DNA of 64,000 nt from positions 124,001-188,000 of the forward strand of contig JADIIX010000002.1 in NCBI GenBank assembly GCA_027604505.1. Direction: 5' to 3'. Shown in pieces: positions 38,918 through 50,663 of the stretch (within the stretch, counting starts at the first letter, position 1; each line of letters starts with the position of its first letter). A program made the translations under genes and the position numbers. The notes under the pieces were generated by a model. The model did no database searches. It saw only the letters and a program-made list of their open reading frames with translations, and was not told the origin of the DNA. This DNA comes from Gonapodya sp. JEL0774 (Eukaryota).

Positions 38918-39216
38918 GGTTCTCGCGGATTAGCGTGTCTTTCCTCATTTGATAGTCACTGTCCTCTTTAGGAGTCAGTGTGATTGCGAGCGAAAGTAAT
39001 AATTGCGCCACACGATCAACTCGGGAAATCCCCGCACACCCCATTTATCGCGACATGTTGTGGGGAGTATAATGCGAACACACATACATTCAAGTCAAAT
39101 TGAGTCAACCCACGGTTACATAATATTTGATTCCTTTCAAAGTTTTCTCTCGCAATCCCCGCAGAGCTACATAAATACACCAACTAGCGGCGACAAGAAC
39201 GAGTAACACATCCATC
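38918..39216. promoter_or_regulatory. Divergent promoter between the FMO and TauD-3, with putative CYS3/MetR-like sites
   Basis: ~300-bp head-to-head spacer containing ATTGCGCCAC (39002) and ATCGCGACAT (39047). Confidence 0.45.
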
Positions 39217-40819
39217 ATGTCCACTCAAGTTTCAATCCCAGCCGCTGCGAAGACACCGGCTCAGCGAACTCACCTTCCCGGTACTCGTGCCGATCCAGCA
39301 AAGAAATCTCTGTTCTCGGCAGCGAAGGAGATTGTGAATCTCACTCCGGCGATTGGCACCGAGATTGTGGGACTTCAGGTGCGTCGAGACCTCGGCTTTC
39401 ACAAGTATTTTCTTCCAGTCTCCGACACTCGCCTGTGCTTGGTTTCATCGATGAAAACAGCTCAAAGATCTGAACGCTCAGCAGATTGAGGATCTGGCAC
39501 TATTGATCGCCGAGCGGGGTGTCGTTTTCTTCCGTGATCAAGACCTCTCCGTTGAACAACAACGAGCGCTCGGTCACAAGTGGGGTGAGGCTCATTCTTC
39601 TTTCCTTCGACTTACTTATGATGTGAATCTGATGTTACCTTCAAAAATGAATCTCGTAACATAGGCAAGGTGAATGACAGGACCCCGCATCAAGGAACCA
39701 GCTACAAGGACATCCAGGTGTTCCGTACTGACGAAACCTCGACCAGAGCTGCTGATAACTGGTAACTACTGCGATGGATGCATACTCTCCTTAAGTCGCA
39801 AGGTTCAATTTCTCACCGTTAATCCAGGCACCAGGACCATTCTGCAGATGAAGAACCGTGAGTGAAGATCTTTTCGCACTTTTAGTATCCCGATGATGCA
39901 ATAGATCGCTCATCCGGACCTCTCAACTGCTTTCTGACCGTCACATGTTCTCCAACTTTCACCTTGAAACAGAGCCACAATTACTTTCTTGATGGTACGA
40001 GAGATCCCTGCAGGAGGAGGTGAGTACTGCAGGGCAGACCATGCCATTTCATTTCACAAGACAACAACGATCGCTTCCCCTAAGGCGGCGACACTATCTG
40101 GTCGTCTCTCTACTCTGCCTATGACAAGCTTTCGCCTGCATTCCGAGCTCGCATTGAAGGTCTCGAAACGCTACAAGAAGGATCATACTACCCCACAGAC
40201 AAGTCGTATGTTCCAGCTCGAGGGATCCAACCGCTCGTCAGGACCCACCCTGTCACTGGCTGGAAACACCTCTTTGTTAACCAAGCGTGGGCAAAGCAGA
40301 TCAAAGGTTTCACTTTGTCTGAGAGCGACCTTCTGTTGAGGTACCTCAACGACCAGATCGCAAAGGGTGTTGACCACCAGGTTAGTACCTTCGTTCTCGC
40401 ACATGCAAGTAGTTATTTTTCCGCCTCGTGGCTAAAAGAGCATACTTGCATTCACCGATCTCTGAAGGTTCGCTTCAAGTGGACCAAAAACTCTGTAGCA
40501 CTCTGGGACAACCGATCAACGCAGCACACCGCAACATGGGATTTCTTCCCGAATGTCCGGTGGTGGGTAGCTCTGTGTTACCTGTTTTTGAGGTCGAACG
40601 CCTGCTCACCCGCGTACCCGTTTTTCCTGTAGGGGTACCCGTGTCGTCGTTCACGGCGATAAGGCATTCTTCGACCCCAAGTCGCCAAGTCGCGCCGAGG
40701 CACTTGGTATTCCCATCACACCATCGTGGCGTGGGGACATTGCCAATACACTCGACGATATTGCCGGGCGCAACAGCTGGGGAGTGAAGTTCACCGGTGA
40801 CTCGAAGGGAAAATTGTGA
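39217..40819 (+). CDS. TauD/Jlp1-family Fe(II)/2-oxoglutarate dioxygenase, paralog 3 (inverted relative to 1 and 2)
   Basis: MSTQVSIP...LTPAIGTEIVGLQ, WHQDHSADEEP, GGDTIWSSLYSAYDKLSP, RTHPVTGWKHLF, WDNRSTQHTATWDF, ending FTGDSKGKL* (TGA 40817-40819). It has one more intron than the other two copies. Confidence 0.92.
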
Positions 40820-41329
40820 TTGATTGGTTGTTATTGCATGAATGGGTCGTCAGAATTCGGTATACATTTCTTGTATTTGATTTGGCGAGCGAAACAGGAA
40901 ACAGAAAATTCCGACTGTTGGCATCTACTGTACTCCCCAATATGCCGCCGGGATCTGCTGCTGTTGCACGCTCTCAGTCCTTTGAATCCCCTTCTCCGCT
41001 CCCGAGCATCTTTCGTGATAAGGCCAAGTCAGATCAGCCATTTTGTATTATGTAACAGCGAATAAGTAACAAGTGAGAAGAACCTCTCCTCACTCTAATT
41101 GCAATCCAATCAACTGCGGGCGTGCGGGCATTTTACATAAGTCCATGAGATAAGTATAACAGTACACACCCTTCAAACGTGACCGCTCCATCAACCAGCG
41201 CATGGACAAAACGTGTACCTGAAAATTCAAAGCTTCCATCGGCCCAGTACTGCGCGCAACAATCACAAAGTCCCGCCAATATCACTGAATGAGGTGCAAC
41301 AGTGGATCAGGTTATCAGTCTCCTTCTCA

Positions 41330-43827
41330 TCATCTGAAATGTCTCACCTGCCTATGCATGTCCAATCGCATCTGCTCAAAAGTCTTGAGCATCTTTCTAC
41401 GAGCCCCCAGGGCTGTTACTCCCTTCATTGCTAACTGCTCCTCGTTCATCATTATAAGCTCGCGCCAGTCGAGACCTTCCAAGTTGGGTATGTACTTGTG
41501 TAAACGAACTGACCTCAGCCAGCCTGGGATGTCCTCTGCCAGGGAAGCAAATCATTCAAAGGCATTAATGGAAGGGATGTGAAGGCAATAACTGATGGCT
41601 TGAGTTGCTCCACGGGAACTCCCAACCTCATACTCACTTGTAAAAAGTTCCAAATCCACACCTTCCTGCTTGGGGAACCGATCCTTAGCTGGAAAGCCAT
41701 ACGAAGAACCGACTCCGGGGTATGGTTGGATTTGCGGGTGACCGTGCAAGCCCTGGTGTTGTATTCCATAAGCCACCTGCTGTTGCCTCTGCTGACTCGG
41801 AGATCTCTCGCTGACTGCAGACCCTTGCGGGGTGCCCCTCCCGTTCGACCTCGGATCAAAGTACCCTTCCACATCTTGGTGGCTAAATGAATCCTGTCCT
41901 GCCCATGACCCGCCTGATATGGGCCTGCCCTCACTTGCCATCGACGGACCAAGCTTTGGGCTCCTGGAGGGCGACGTCGAGCGCTGCCCAAAATGTCCGT
42001 GGCCGGGCGATCCGGCGGATGAAGGACGGAGTGTGAGATTCGCGAGGTCGGCGACAAGAGGGGCATCAAGCTCAGACCCCATGCTGGACCGTATTCCAGG
42101 ATTTGATCCACTTCTGCCGTTACTCCTGGGGCTGGCCAGTTCCATTCCCTGCATGCTCTGAGGATACTTTCGCGCCCCATGCGGGAGAAGACGCCCAGGC
42201 TCAAGAGCACTCCACCCGGCTTCGTCCGTGGATACTCTGCGAGGGGATTCGAGCTCGCCACTCAGCAAACCATCTGTCGCTGAGGTAACCACGCGAGGGG
42301 AGGCTAAGCCACTTCCTCGCACACCACCAAAACTTGCAGTTGTGGGAGATTGCGGGGCGCCGTCAAGACCCAAGCTGTGACGGTGATCACCTGTTCGAAG
42401 AAGTTCGACACCAGAGTATGTGGAACTCCTCCGTACCACTGGAGGGGAAGCACCGAAGAAAGACGAGGGACCTTTACCAAGCGGAGCAGCACCCTGGAGC
42501 TGATCGACCATGGAGGCCACGAAACTATTCCGGTTTCCGTCCTCATCCCTCCCTTGTCCCTGTGATTGTGCCCCCGGCGCCGAGTCATGTAGACTTGACG
42601 GCCGGCGACTTCCTACAGGCCCGTGCATATTTGGATAATCGGGGCGAGGAGCCCTATCGAACCCAGGAGGGTGGCCTGCCCCACCCCGCTCCTGAGCATA
42701 TACGAGCTGATCCTCGACCACGCCCAGCGAGTGCCGGTCATGGGGATTCCTAGATCCCACGGAGCCGTGTGTGTAAGACGGTGGAGGAGGCGGTGGGGGT
42801 GGGCCGTTCGTTGTGGACCATGACGGTGGGCGAGGAATGGTTTTGGCAGAGCTGGGCCGGTAAGGGGGGTCGGTGATTGGAGAAAGTGGTGAAAGCTCGC
42901 TGGCAGAATTGGATTTAGGGAGGAGGCTGGTTGTGGAAATGGGGGAGAGGAGGGACCGCCCACGGCCCATAGGGGTGGAGTCGCCTGTACGCGAAACCGA
43001 GTGGAACGCTCAAGGCAAACTGACAAAAACAGAGAGACATTACAGAAATGGCAAGCCATTACACTGTCTCACCTCGTGATACGTTCTGGCGTGCTCTGGG
43101 GTAACTCGGATCCCCGTCACCCATCATCATACCCAACGCATCAGGTTCCGCAGAGATCTCCACCGCCGGTGCTGCCATATTTCCTACACTGCCCAGTCCT
43201 CCGACCATTCCCGCAGCAATTTTCTTGCTGACTGGGTCCTCCAAAAGTCTCTGCTGCAGAACAGCCATAAGAAAGCGTACTTGAACGATATCCGCATGCT
43301 GAACGAGAGTGTAGAGCGCGGCTGTTTTTTCAGATTCAACAAGGATGCCTAGCCATTGTTCAATGGCTCTGAGTTCCTCCAGGAACGCAGGGTCGTGAGA
43401 CTGGGAGAGGTGAGACAGGTGATGGTCGTATTGGGAAAGCTCATTCACCCATCTCGAGAGATAGTCAAGTGTTACGACGAGCTAGGGGGAGAAGAATTTT
43501 TGGTTTCTGCTCTCACCTGTCAATGGCGTCCGCCTCCGAGTTCCTGTAGTGCTTCATGTGTGCTCGGACTATATCCGGCTGCTGTTGCAGTTTCTTTCCG
43601 TTCTGTCCCGGCATAATCAAGCTGTTGGGCCTAGTCGTTACGAGTGGGGACGGTGGTCCTGACGCCCCCGAGTACGCGCCACCCGTCTTGAGAGAAAGTG
43701 GAGGTACGGCAGCTCCGAAACTGGCCCTGGCGAGGGAATGGGAGTGGTCCGAGGGGAGAGCCGTTGCCGTTGCCGTCGAGGCAAGTTTAGCCTCAAGCGT
43801 GCTGTCAGCTTGCATGTCGCCGGGCAT
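41330..43827 (-). CDS. VTS1: Vts1/Smaug-type SAM-domain RNA-binding protein
   Basis: N-terminal conserved block EADAIDR...FLEELRAIEQWLGILVESEKTAALYTLVQHADIVQVRFLMAVLQQ, a low-complexity middle, and the SAM domain DIPGWLRSVRLHKYIPNLEGLDWRELIMMNEEQLAMKGVTALGARRKMLKTFE. Both ends are approximate. Confidence 0.9.
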
Positions 43828-44585
43828 TAGCTGTGGGGCGGAATCTCTGTGCACGAACTACTTTGCTGTGGAACGAGGATCTCTGAAGCAATCCCTTCGC
43901 CGATTCGAGTGCTATTAGAGATTGCGAGAGCGAACAAGGCGTCGAAGATGCCGGGAATTGCGCCGAAGTAGCGATTCCAAAAGGGGTCAAAGCGCGAAGA
44001 ACTCACCATCAACGCCGAGAATGGGAAACACGAATTCGAACAATCGTCACTCACGATGGTTTTCTCCTATTCCTCAAGAGTGATATTGGTTGGAAGTGAA
44101 ACCCCACCCTCCCGATGACCAGCAGCTTTACGGCCTGGGACGGCAATACTGTGGGATAATCGGCCTTGCCGCAGGATAACGCTAACTCTCACTTTGCTGA
44201 TGGTTCTCGTCTCGCAGCGCCAGTCGAGTTCCACGATTCCGTCCTGTCTCGTGCGAGGTTCGAGCACCCAGATTCGGAATGAGGTGAACGTTGCAAGTTT
44301 TGAGACAACGGCGGAAGTTGTGGGAACAGGGAAAAAGGAACAAACCACACACCCAGCCCTGCTTTTGATGAGCAAAGGCACACACAGAGAGATTTTGATG
44401 ATTTCAAAAGAGAATATTCTTCGTTTTTACTATGAAACACTCTCGGGCGGCGCCCACAAAGTTCCCGAACAGTGAGGGGTCCAGTCAACAAATCACCAAT
44501 TCAAATTGTTATACGAAACAGCTTTCTCGGCTTCTCGACAACATGATCTCCCCTATGTGACAAGCTTCTTTATCGAACTCCTTGT

Positions 44586-46445
44586 TTACTCTTCCTTCCT
44601 CAAATTTCCGGCAGGGGATCTCATCTTCACCCCAACTTGCACCGTAGGATGCTCTGGCACTCCATAGGCAGGATTGGCGGTTCCCTCTCGCGACGAGCCA
44701 CGTTGGGCACTCTTGACGTACCCTGTGCGGGCCTCGTCCGACAGATCGTCGTCCCTCTTTCCCTGACCTTCCCCAGTGATCATCATTGGTTCATCGGCAA
44801 GATACGGACGTATGACTCTGTCATAAACCGCTAAAGCACCCTGAATGCGAATCAGCCATCCCATTTCGAAAGTATGGGTTGCAGATCCAGTTTAGCGTCT
44901 CGCAACCTGTTGTGAGAACTGCAAAGCAAACAAACCTCGAATGTGGGGAGGCCAAGCCACCCGAGCATCCCAAGCTTCGCAAAGTACCACAGAGGCAAAT
45001 GCCTCAGAAGCGTACTTTGAAAGCGGGTGGACAACGAAATGATTCGTGTCATGTTAGACGACGGAGTCGGGGAGGAAACAGGCCAAGAATCATCACATCC
45101 CATTTTCCAAAACAACCCAAAAGTTCAATGGGAAGGATAAGTAAAAGAGCGCCCCACCCTGAAAAGATGCAACTCACGCTTCCCACAGACTGTCTTCAAC
45201 CAAGTTGAAGAGCGAGTACGTGACAAAGTATGTGATCCACTTTTTGCTCTCAGTGTCCCGACGAGTTCGATCAGTCTGCAGAGGTGCGCTCAAGGCATGC
45301 ACCGCCGGATAGAGGCCGATGAGATTGGTGAGCAGGTGGGCACCGCTGAGATCAACACTTTGTTCAATTACAGGATGTGAAGGTTGATGTGGAATATGAG
45401 CCGGGACAATACGTACATGTGCAAGTAAAATGCAACAGACATTAACATCGCCAGGAAGCCAGCTACATAGACTTTTGGTATGCTGGTGCGTTCCTCGAAA
45501 GCCTGGTATTTATCGAAGTGCATGAAGAAACCACCCGATCAAATGCGCCATGCCGAACAAGTATGTTCAACTTACCCTCGCGATCGGGTAGCTCTCCAAC
45601 ATTCTATCAGCGAGAGCGCCAAATTGCCTCACCGATCTTGTTCCCTCACCAGCCACTGTTCTCGCAGCTCCTGCCGCACGCGCGCCGATTTCCTTTCCTG
45701 TCTCAGCCGCCGCCGCCGCCCTCTCGCGAGCAACTTCGGTGGCGTGCATAACCGTCTCGGTAACGTTGTGAGAAATGTCGGAAACGCGCTGGCCAATCTG
45801 CGAGGCAGAGTCTTGGACCGTGTGGAGGGCTTGATCGGTTGCTTCGTGGGCGTTCTGGACGTACTGAGACCCATTATCCTTCGCGTGCTGGGCGTACTGG
45901 GCAGTGGTCTCCTGGGCCTGCTGATAATACTGGCCAACTACCTCTCTTGCCTGTTGGACATATTGACCACCGGTCCCTTTGACGTTCTGCGCGTTTTCCA
46001 TCACCGAATCTTTAGCTTGCTGGGCGTACCGGCTCCCCACTTCTGGAGCTTGCTGCATGTATTGAGCGCCACTGTCACGAGTGCCCTGAGCCATGTCTTT
46101 AGCCTGCTGGAGGTATGATGTACCAGTGTCGCGACCACTTGCGTCCGTCGTTTCTCTGGTTGGCCCATGCGTGCCGTCGAAAGTGTCTGCGCCTCTCGCA
46201 GCAGAGCTACGAGCGAGAGAGTACGAGTCTGCGGTGTTTTGGCCTTGTTGGGTGGAGGCCGGCTTGGGGGAACTGAAGTCACCGTGACCTACAAACGGTG
46301 ACGTCAGTGCATATATCGCTGCCACCAAACGCACAAACGACGGCGTCCGAGTTCGTGTCCCACCTTGACTCAGCTCCTGAGCTACTGTTGACTCTTGCTG
46401 TTCTCTCGCGGGGTTGACGTTCCCTTTAAAGGCAATGTTCCACAT
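44586..46445 (-). CDS. Yop1/REEP (TB2/DP1/HVA22) ER-shaping protein with an N-terminal LEA-like 11-mer repeat extension
   Basis: FEERTSIPKVYV, AHLLTNLIGLYPAVHAL, ESKKWITYFVTYSLFNLVE, LPLWYFAKLGMLGWLGLPTFE|GALAVYDRVIRPYL. Upstream ORF 45567..46445 carries xxQYxQQAx(E/D)x repeats and ends in a GT donor. Confidence 0.8.
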
Positions 46446-46928
46446 TCACGACTAAGTTCGTAGACAGGATCACCCGAAGGAAGTGAAATGCGATAACTTT
46501 GTCTTACTTGGAGATATCGTGGTTTTGGTATCGAGCGCGGGATTGTTGGCGCTCATCTTTCAGTTTGTAGTTGTGTTCGGTAGTGGCTGGTAGTGGCTGG
46601 TGTGGTAATGTCCTCGCGGAGCAACCGACAGTCACCCACCATTTGCATGAGACGCCATAACAACTTGTCATTTGTGACTTCTTTGCAGAACTCGAAGGTG
46701 CAAATCACAAATAACGGCGCTGTTCGCACTGTGCCCTCGTGTTGTTTGAATCCATAGGCATATTTCACACTGAGCAAACACATACATATTGATGTTGCCC
46801 ACGAAATCAGTAGCAGCATGTATAAAATGCCGATGGGGAAAATAATGTGACGCCAGCCTTCGTGGGTGTGCCTGGCGCGGAGACATCACTGCCCGTGGTA
46901 GCAAACACCCAAATTTTTCGAGCATTCT

Positions 46929-49900
46929 ATGGACGATTCACAGAACCCCTGGGACTCGGAAGATCCCTGGCAAGCTGAATCTCGCGCCGGCGCTTCCCAG
47001 ACGTCTAGCTCTGTTGTTGTGCCGGTCTCGCCGACAACGGAATCTCCCTCCGACAAGGCAGGTTCACCTGCTGCCAAACCGACGGAGGTAGTCACCGACA
47101 AAATATTATCTGATGATGCCGATGGACACGTGGGAGTGGATACATCGCCGGTGGTGAAGGATGGGCCAGGTCCTCTCGGCATTGCCGTTCAGGTCGCTCC
47201 TGTGCCAGCTGCCCCATCGAGAAAGCCAGTTGCCGCCTCTCCAAGTCCCTTTCCTGTTGGGAAACCCGCATTCGTAGATCCACTCGCCATCGTGGAGAAT
47301 GCGCCACCGAAGCCCACAAAAACCACACCAGAGTCTGCCAACGACACCAAGATCGCAGCCAAACCAATTGAATTACCTGGTCCTACAACCAGGCCACCTG
47401 TCGCACATTCGGAACCGCGTAGTGAGAATTCGTCTGCTGCAAATTCGGCTTCTGGGGCCTCCTCTTCGGCGTCCCCTCTCACCACCGCGTCAGCAACGAA
47501 TCCGCTTGCAAAACAACCACCCAACCCGCTCACTGCACCCACGGCATCCCCCGCCATGTCTTCCATGATATCCCCTCATGATCGTATCTTGCCTAGTACC
47601 GTAACCCCCGCGATCCGACCGCAACCCCCAACCTCAATTTCAACCACCAGTCCCGCACCCAACCCCATTCCTGGTCGCCGTCCTCCCACGAATCCAGCGT
47701 CACCAACTCCCACGTCTCCGATCTCGTCACTGTCCAGCTTTGTAGACCCTCTTTCTGCTCCGCCGCCGCCAGCACCGGCACCGGCAACCCCCTCTCCCCC
47801 TCCTCCAGCTCCTCCTTCAGCCACTTTGAAAAGTGGCCCAGTGGTGGCCGCCCAAGGTGAGCTGACTTATTTTACAGGCTGTATACTCTCCTATGACAGT
47901 TGGATTAGCCTTTCAAGTACTGGAGAGAGAGCTTGGCGGTAGTTCGTTCGCGCAAGGTCCTGCCGGAGGAAATGAAATGCGGAGTTCTTTAACCATCCAT
48001 TGAACTGTCCGCCAAAACAATCTAAAAAAAAGCCATCTCATTCTACCCCAGCACCTCTTCCCACCACATCGACCCCATCACCAGTTCCCATAACCAACGG
48101 AGCGCGCCACAGCTCTCCACCCCCGTCGCGATCTCCGCCCACCATAGTAAACCCGCTCGCGCCAGCGCAAGCTGTTACACCAGAACGTGTATCTGTGCCG
48201 TCTACTACCACATCAGCCACCCCTGACACACGCCCATCCGTGGCACAAAGTCGGGTTGTAGCCCCTCTGTCCACGCCGACGACTTCCATGTCGGGGTCAA
48301 CTAGAACAGGGTCGGTTATGTACAATCCGCTTGGCAACGGAGATGAAGAGACCGGGAGGACAAGCGAAGATGGGTCCGCGCCGGTTTGGGGTACTGGGAG
48401 TGTGAGAAAGGTGACTTGTTCACAAATATTGCACTGGGAACCGTATTTCGCTTTTAAATATGCGTATTCTTTGCAACTCGTAGCATGACCTCGATAGTGA
48501 CCTTCCACCTCAAACCATGACGTCATCTTTCTATGGCAGTGGATCCACCTTCAACAAATCTGCTCCATATTCACGATCCTCCACCACCCCACCACCCACA
48601 GTGCACGGACAGCCGTATGTCCCAGCATCTCCTGTCGAGCCTGTGTACCAACCCCCTAAACCCATTCAACGCTTCACCATTGCGATTCCCTCCACATCAC
48701 GGGTCGCGGGTGTGGACCAACATATTTCCTACACACTTGTTACCCGATTTCATGGCCCTACTGGACCAGCACGAGGTGACAGGGAGTGCGTGGTTGGGAG
48801 GAGGTACAGGGACTTTGTGTGGTTGTACGGGGTTCTTCAGGCAAAGAACCCGGGGGTTATTGTCCCGCCGTTGCCGGAAAAGCAGGCGCTTGGTGAGTTT
48901 GTGTGGGTTTGAGAGGATGTGAACAGACACCGAGTGTGTGGTTGCTGATGGTACAAATATCTTGAGTAGTGATCTGATGTGGAATTTTTCCTTTCAACTC
49001 TACTCCTTCACTCATTCTTAACTTAGGTCGCTTCCAAGAAGAATTTGTCGAGTCTCGGCGCTCGGCGCTCGAACGCTGCGTCCGAAAAATGGCTGTGCAT
49101 CCACGCCTTGCGGAGGACCCAGACCTCAAGGCTTTTCTCGAGTCTGAATCGTTTTCTCCGGACCCAGCCGCCGTTACCAAGGCCAAAGGGTCCAGCACAT
49201 CGTCTGGAGGGCCAGCTGATTGGTTCGGCAACTTTGGGGAGCGGATGGTTGGGGGTTTTGCAAAGACCCCGGAAGGGGATGAGGTGAGTGGACACATTGT
49301 TTTGTACGAGCCGTCTCGTCTTAATGCATATGTATTGGTGCGCGTTGCATCATATTTCCGATAGTGGTTTGAGAACAAGAAGTACCATCTCGATATTCTT
49401 GGCACGCAGTTAAGGGCGTTGTTTAAAGCGGTTGAAGGGGTGATTAAGCAAAGGAAAGGTGAGCATCGCAGTATCACCAAGGGAGCTCGAGGCAGTTGTT
49501 CTAAACAACATCTTGCCTTTTCCGCCATCAGAGCTGGGAATTTCCAACTTTGAGTTTGGTGAAAGTTTAATCGCCCTCTCATCCGTGGAAATCGACAAAC
49601 CTCTTGTTCATCATTTGGCTGTGCTTGGTGAGATTTGTAAAAAGATGAGAGACATGCAGATGAGACAGGTGAGTGCAGTAAACGAGCATCCCATTCAGAT
49701 GGGGATGAAGTTGGAATTGAGTGGTGGGATTGTTCACCTGGGTACCGCTATCTGTAACTCAAACCTCCATCAAGGCCCGAATCGATATGTCGACGCTCTC
49801 TAACACTGCGGACGAGTACGTACGGTTCCTGACATCAATTGACGCGGCTTTCGCGTCACGTATCAAAGTCTTTCAAGACTGGAAAGCCGCCGAGTCGACT

Positions 49901-50338
49901 GCGGGAATCAAGAGAGTTGCTCTGGAAAAGGTGAGGGCTGCGGGAAGAGCCAAAGCGGAGAAGTTGCCGATCATTCAGCAGGAAGCTGATGACGTGAGTT
50001 TCTTGAGATCGTGATCGTGTGGGAATCGAGCCTCATGGTCAAATCTTTCTCAAGGCTGAGCAACTCAATCAGCATCTCAAAAGGGAGTTCGAGGAAGTGA
50101 CAGAACGTTTGCGGAGCGAGCTTATCAGATTTGATAGAGAGAAAGTGGAGGATTTCACGCAGGCGCTCCAGCAGTTCCTCGAGGGAATGCTGCAAACGCA
50201 AAAGGAGGTGAGAAGTTTCAGAGCTTCGTTGCCATTGCAAACCGGCGATCTGAGTACTCTGATCCAACTTGGAAGGTGGTGGCATTGTGGGAATCGTACT
50301 TTTCCCTTACCAGATCGTCTAGCAGTCGGGAGCTATGA
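46929..50338 (+). CDS. VPS5: Retromer sorting nexin (PX-BAR) with a long Pro/Ser-rich N-terminus
   Basis: PX domain HISYTLVT...VGRRYRDFVWLYGVLQAKNPGVIVPPLPEKQALG|RFQEEFVESRRSALERCVRKMAVHPRLAEDPDLKAFLES. BAR domain WFENKK...LRALFKAVE...DEYVR...EFEEVTERLRSELIRFDREKVEDF...LWESY. Confidence 0.92.
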
Positions 50339-50663
50339 TTGTTGTCTCAATGAGTTGGTGTACAAAAGTGAATCCGATGTTTGTTCCTGTCAGTATTATT
50401 ACTTGAAGTGTCGGGTTTCAATTCCGCTGATCACGGAAGTTTTCCTGTTACTTCATCAAGTGTTGCACGCTTCACGCAATTGCTTTCGCAACTGGTAATA
50501 CCGAATTTGGCGTGAGGCTCTGGTAGTTGACGAAATCGGAGTTACTGGGCGAACAATCTTGGTTTATCTCTAGTTCCCCATCACCATCGCCATCGCCATC
50601 GGCGTCGACACTGAAGGGACGCTGGTCCGAGAAGAATCTTCGAAATCATCATACTATTTCACC

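Noticed and set aside
29924..40819. TauD, MFS and FMO genes as pseudogenes because the ORF track is fragmented
   Set aside because: The breaks I checked coincide with GT-AG introns, and the spliced frames retain the catalytic motifs.
29924..40819. Secondary-metabolite biosynthetic cluster
   Set aside because: No PKS, NRPS, terpene or other backbone enzyme is present. Cys/Met depletion and the permease family favour sulfur scavenging.
45480..46118. 212-aa + strand ORF with a periodic hydrophobic pattern that looks like a membrane protein
   Set aside because: It is the antisense shadow of the Gln/Ala-rich LEA-like repeats on the minus strand.
46929..48500. Pro/Ser/Thr-rich ORFs as a separate mucin or adhesin gene
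   Set aside because: There is no signal peptide, and they fit the disordered N-terminus typical of Vps5 upstream of the PX domain.
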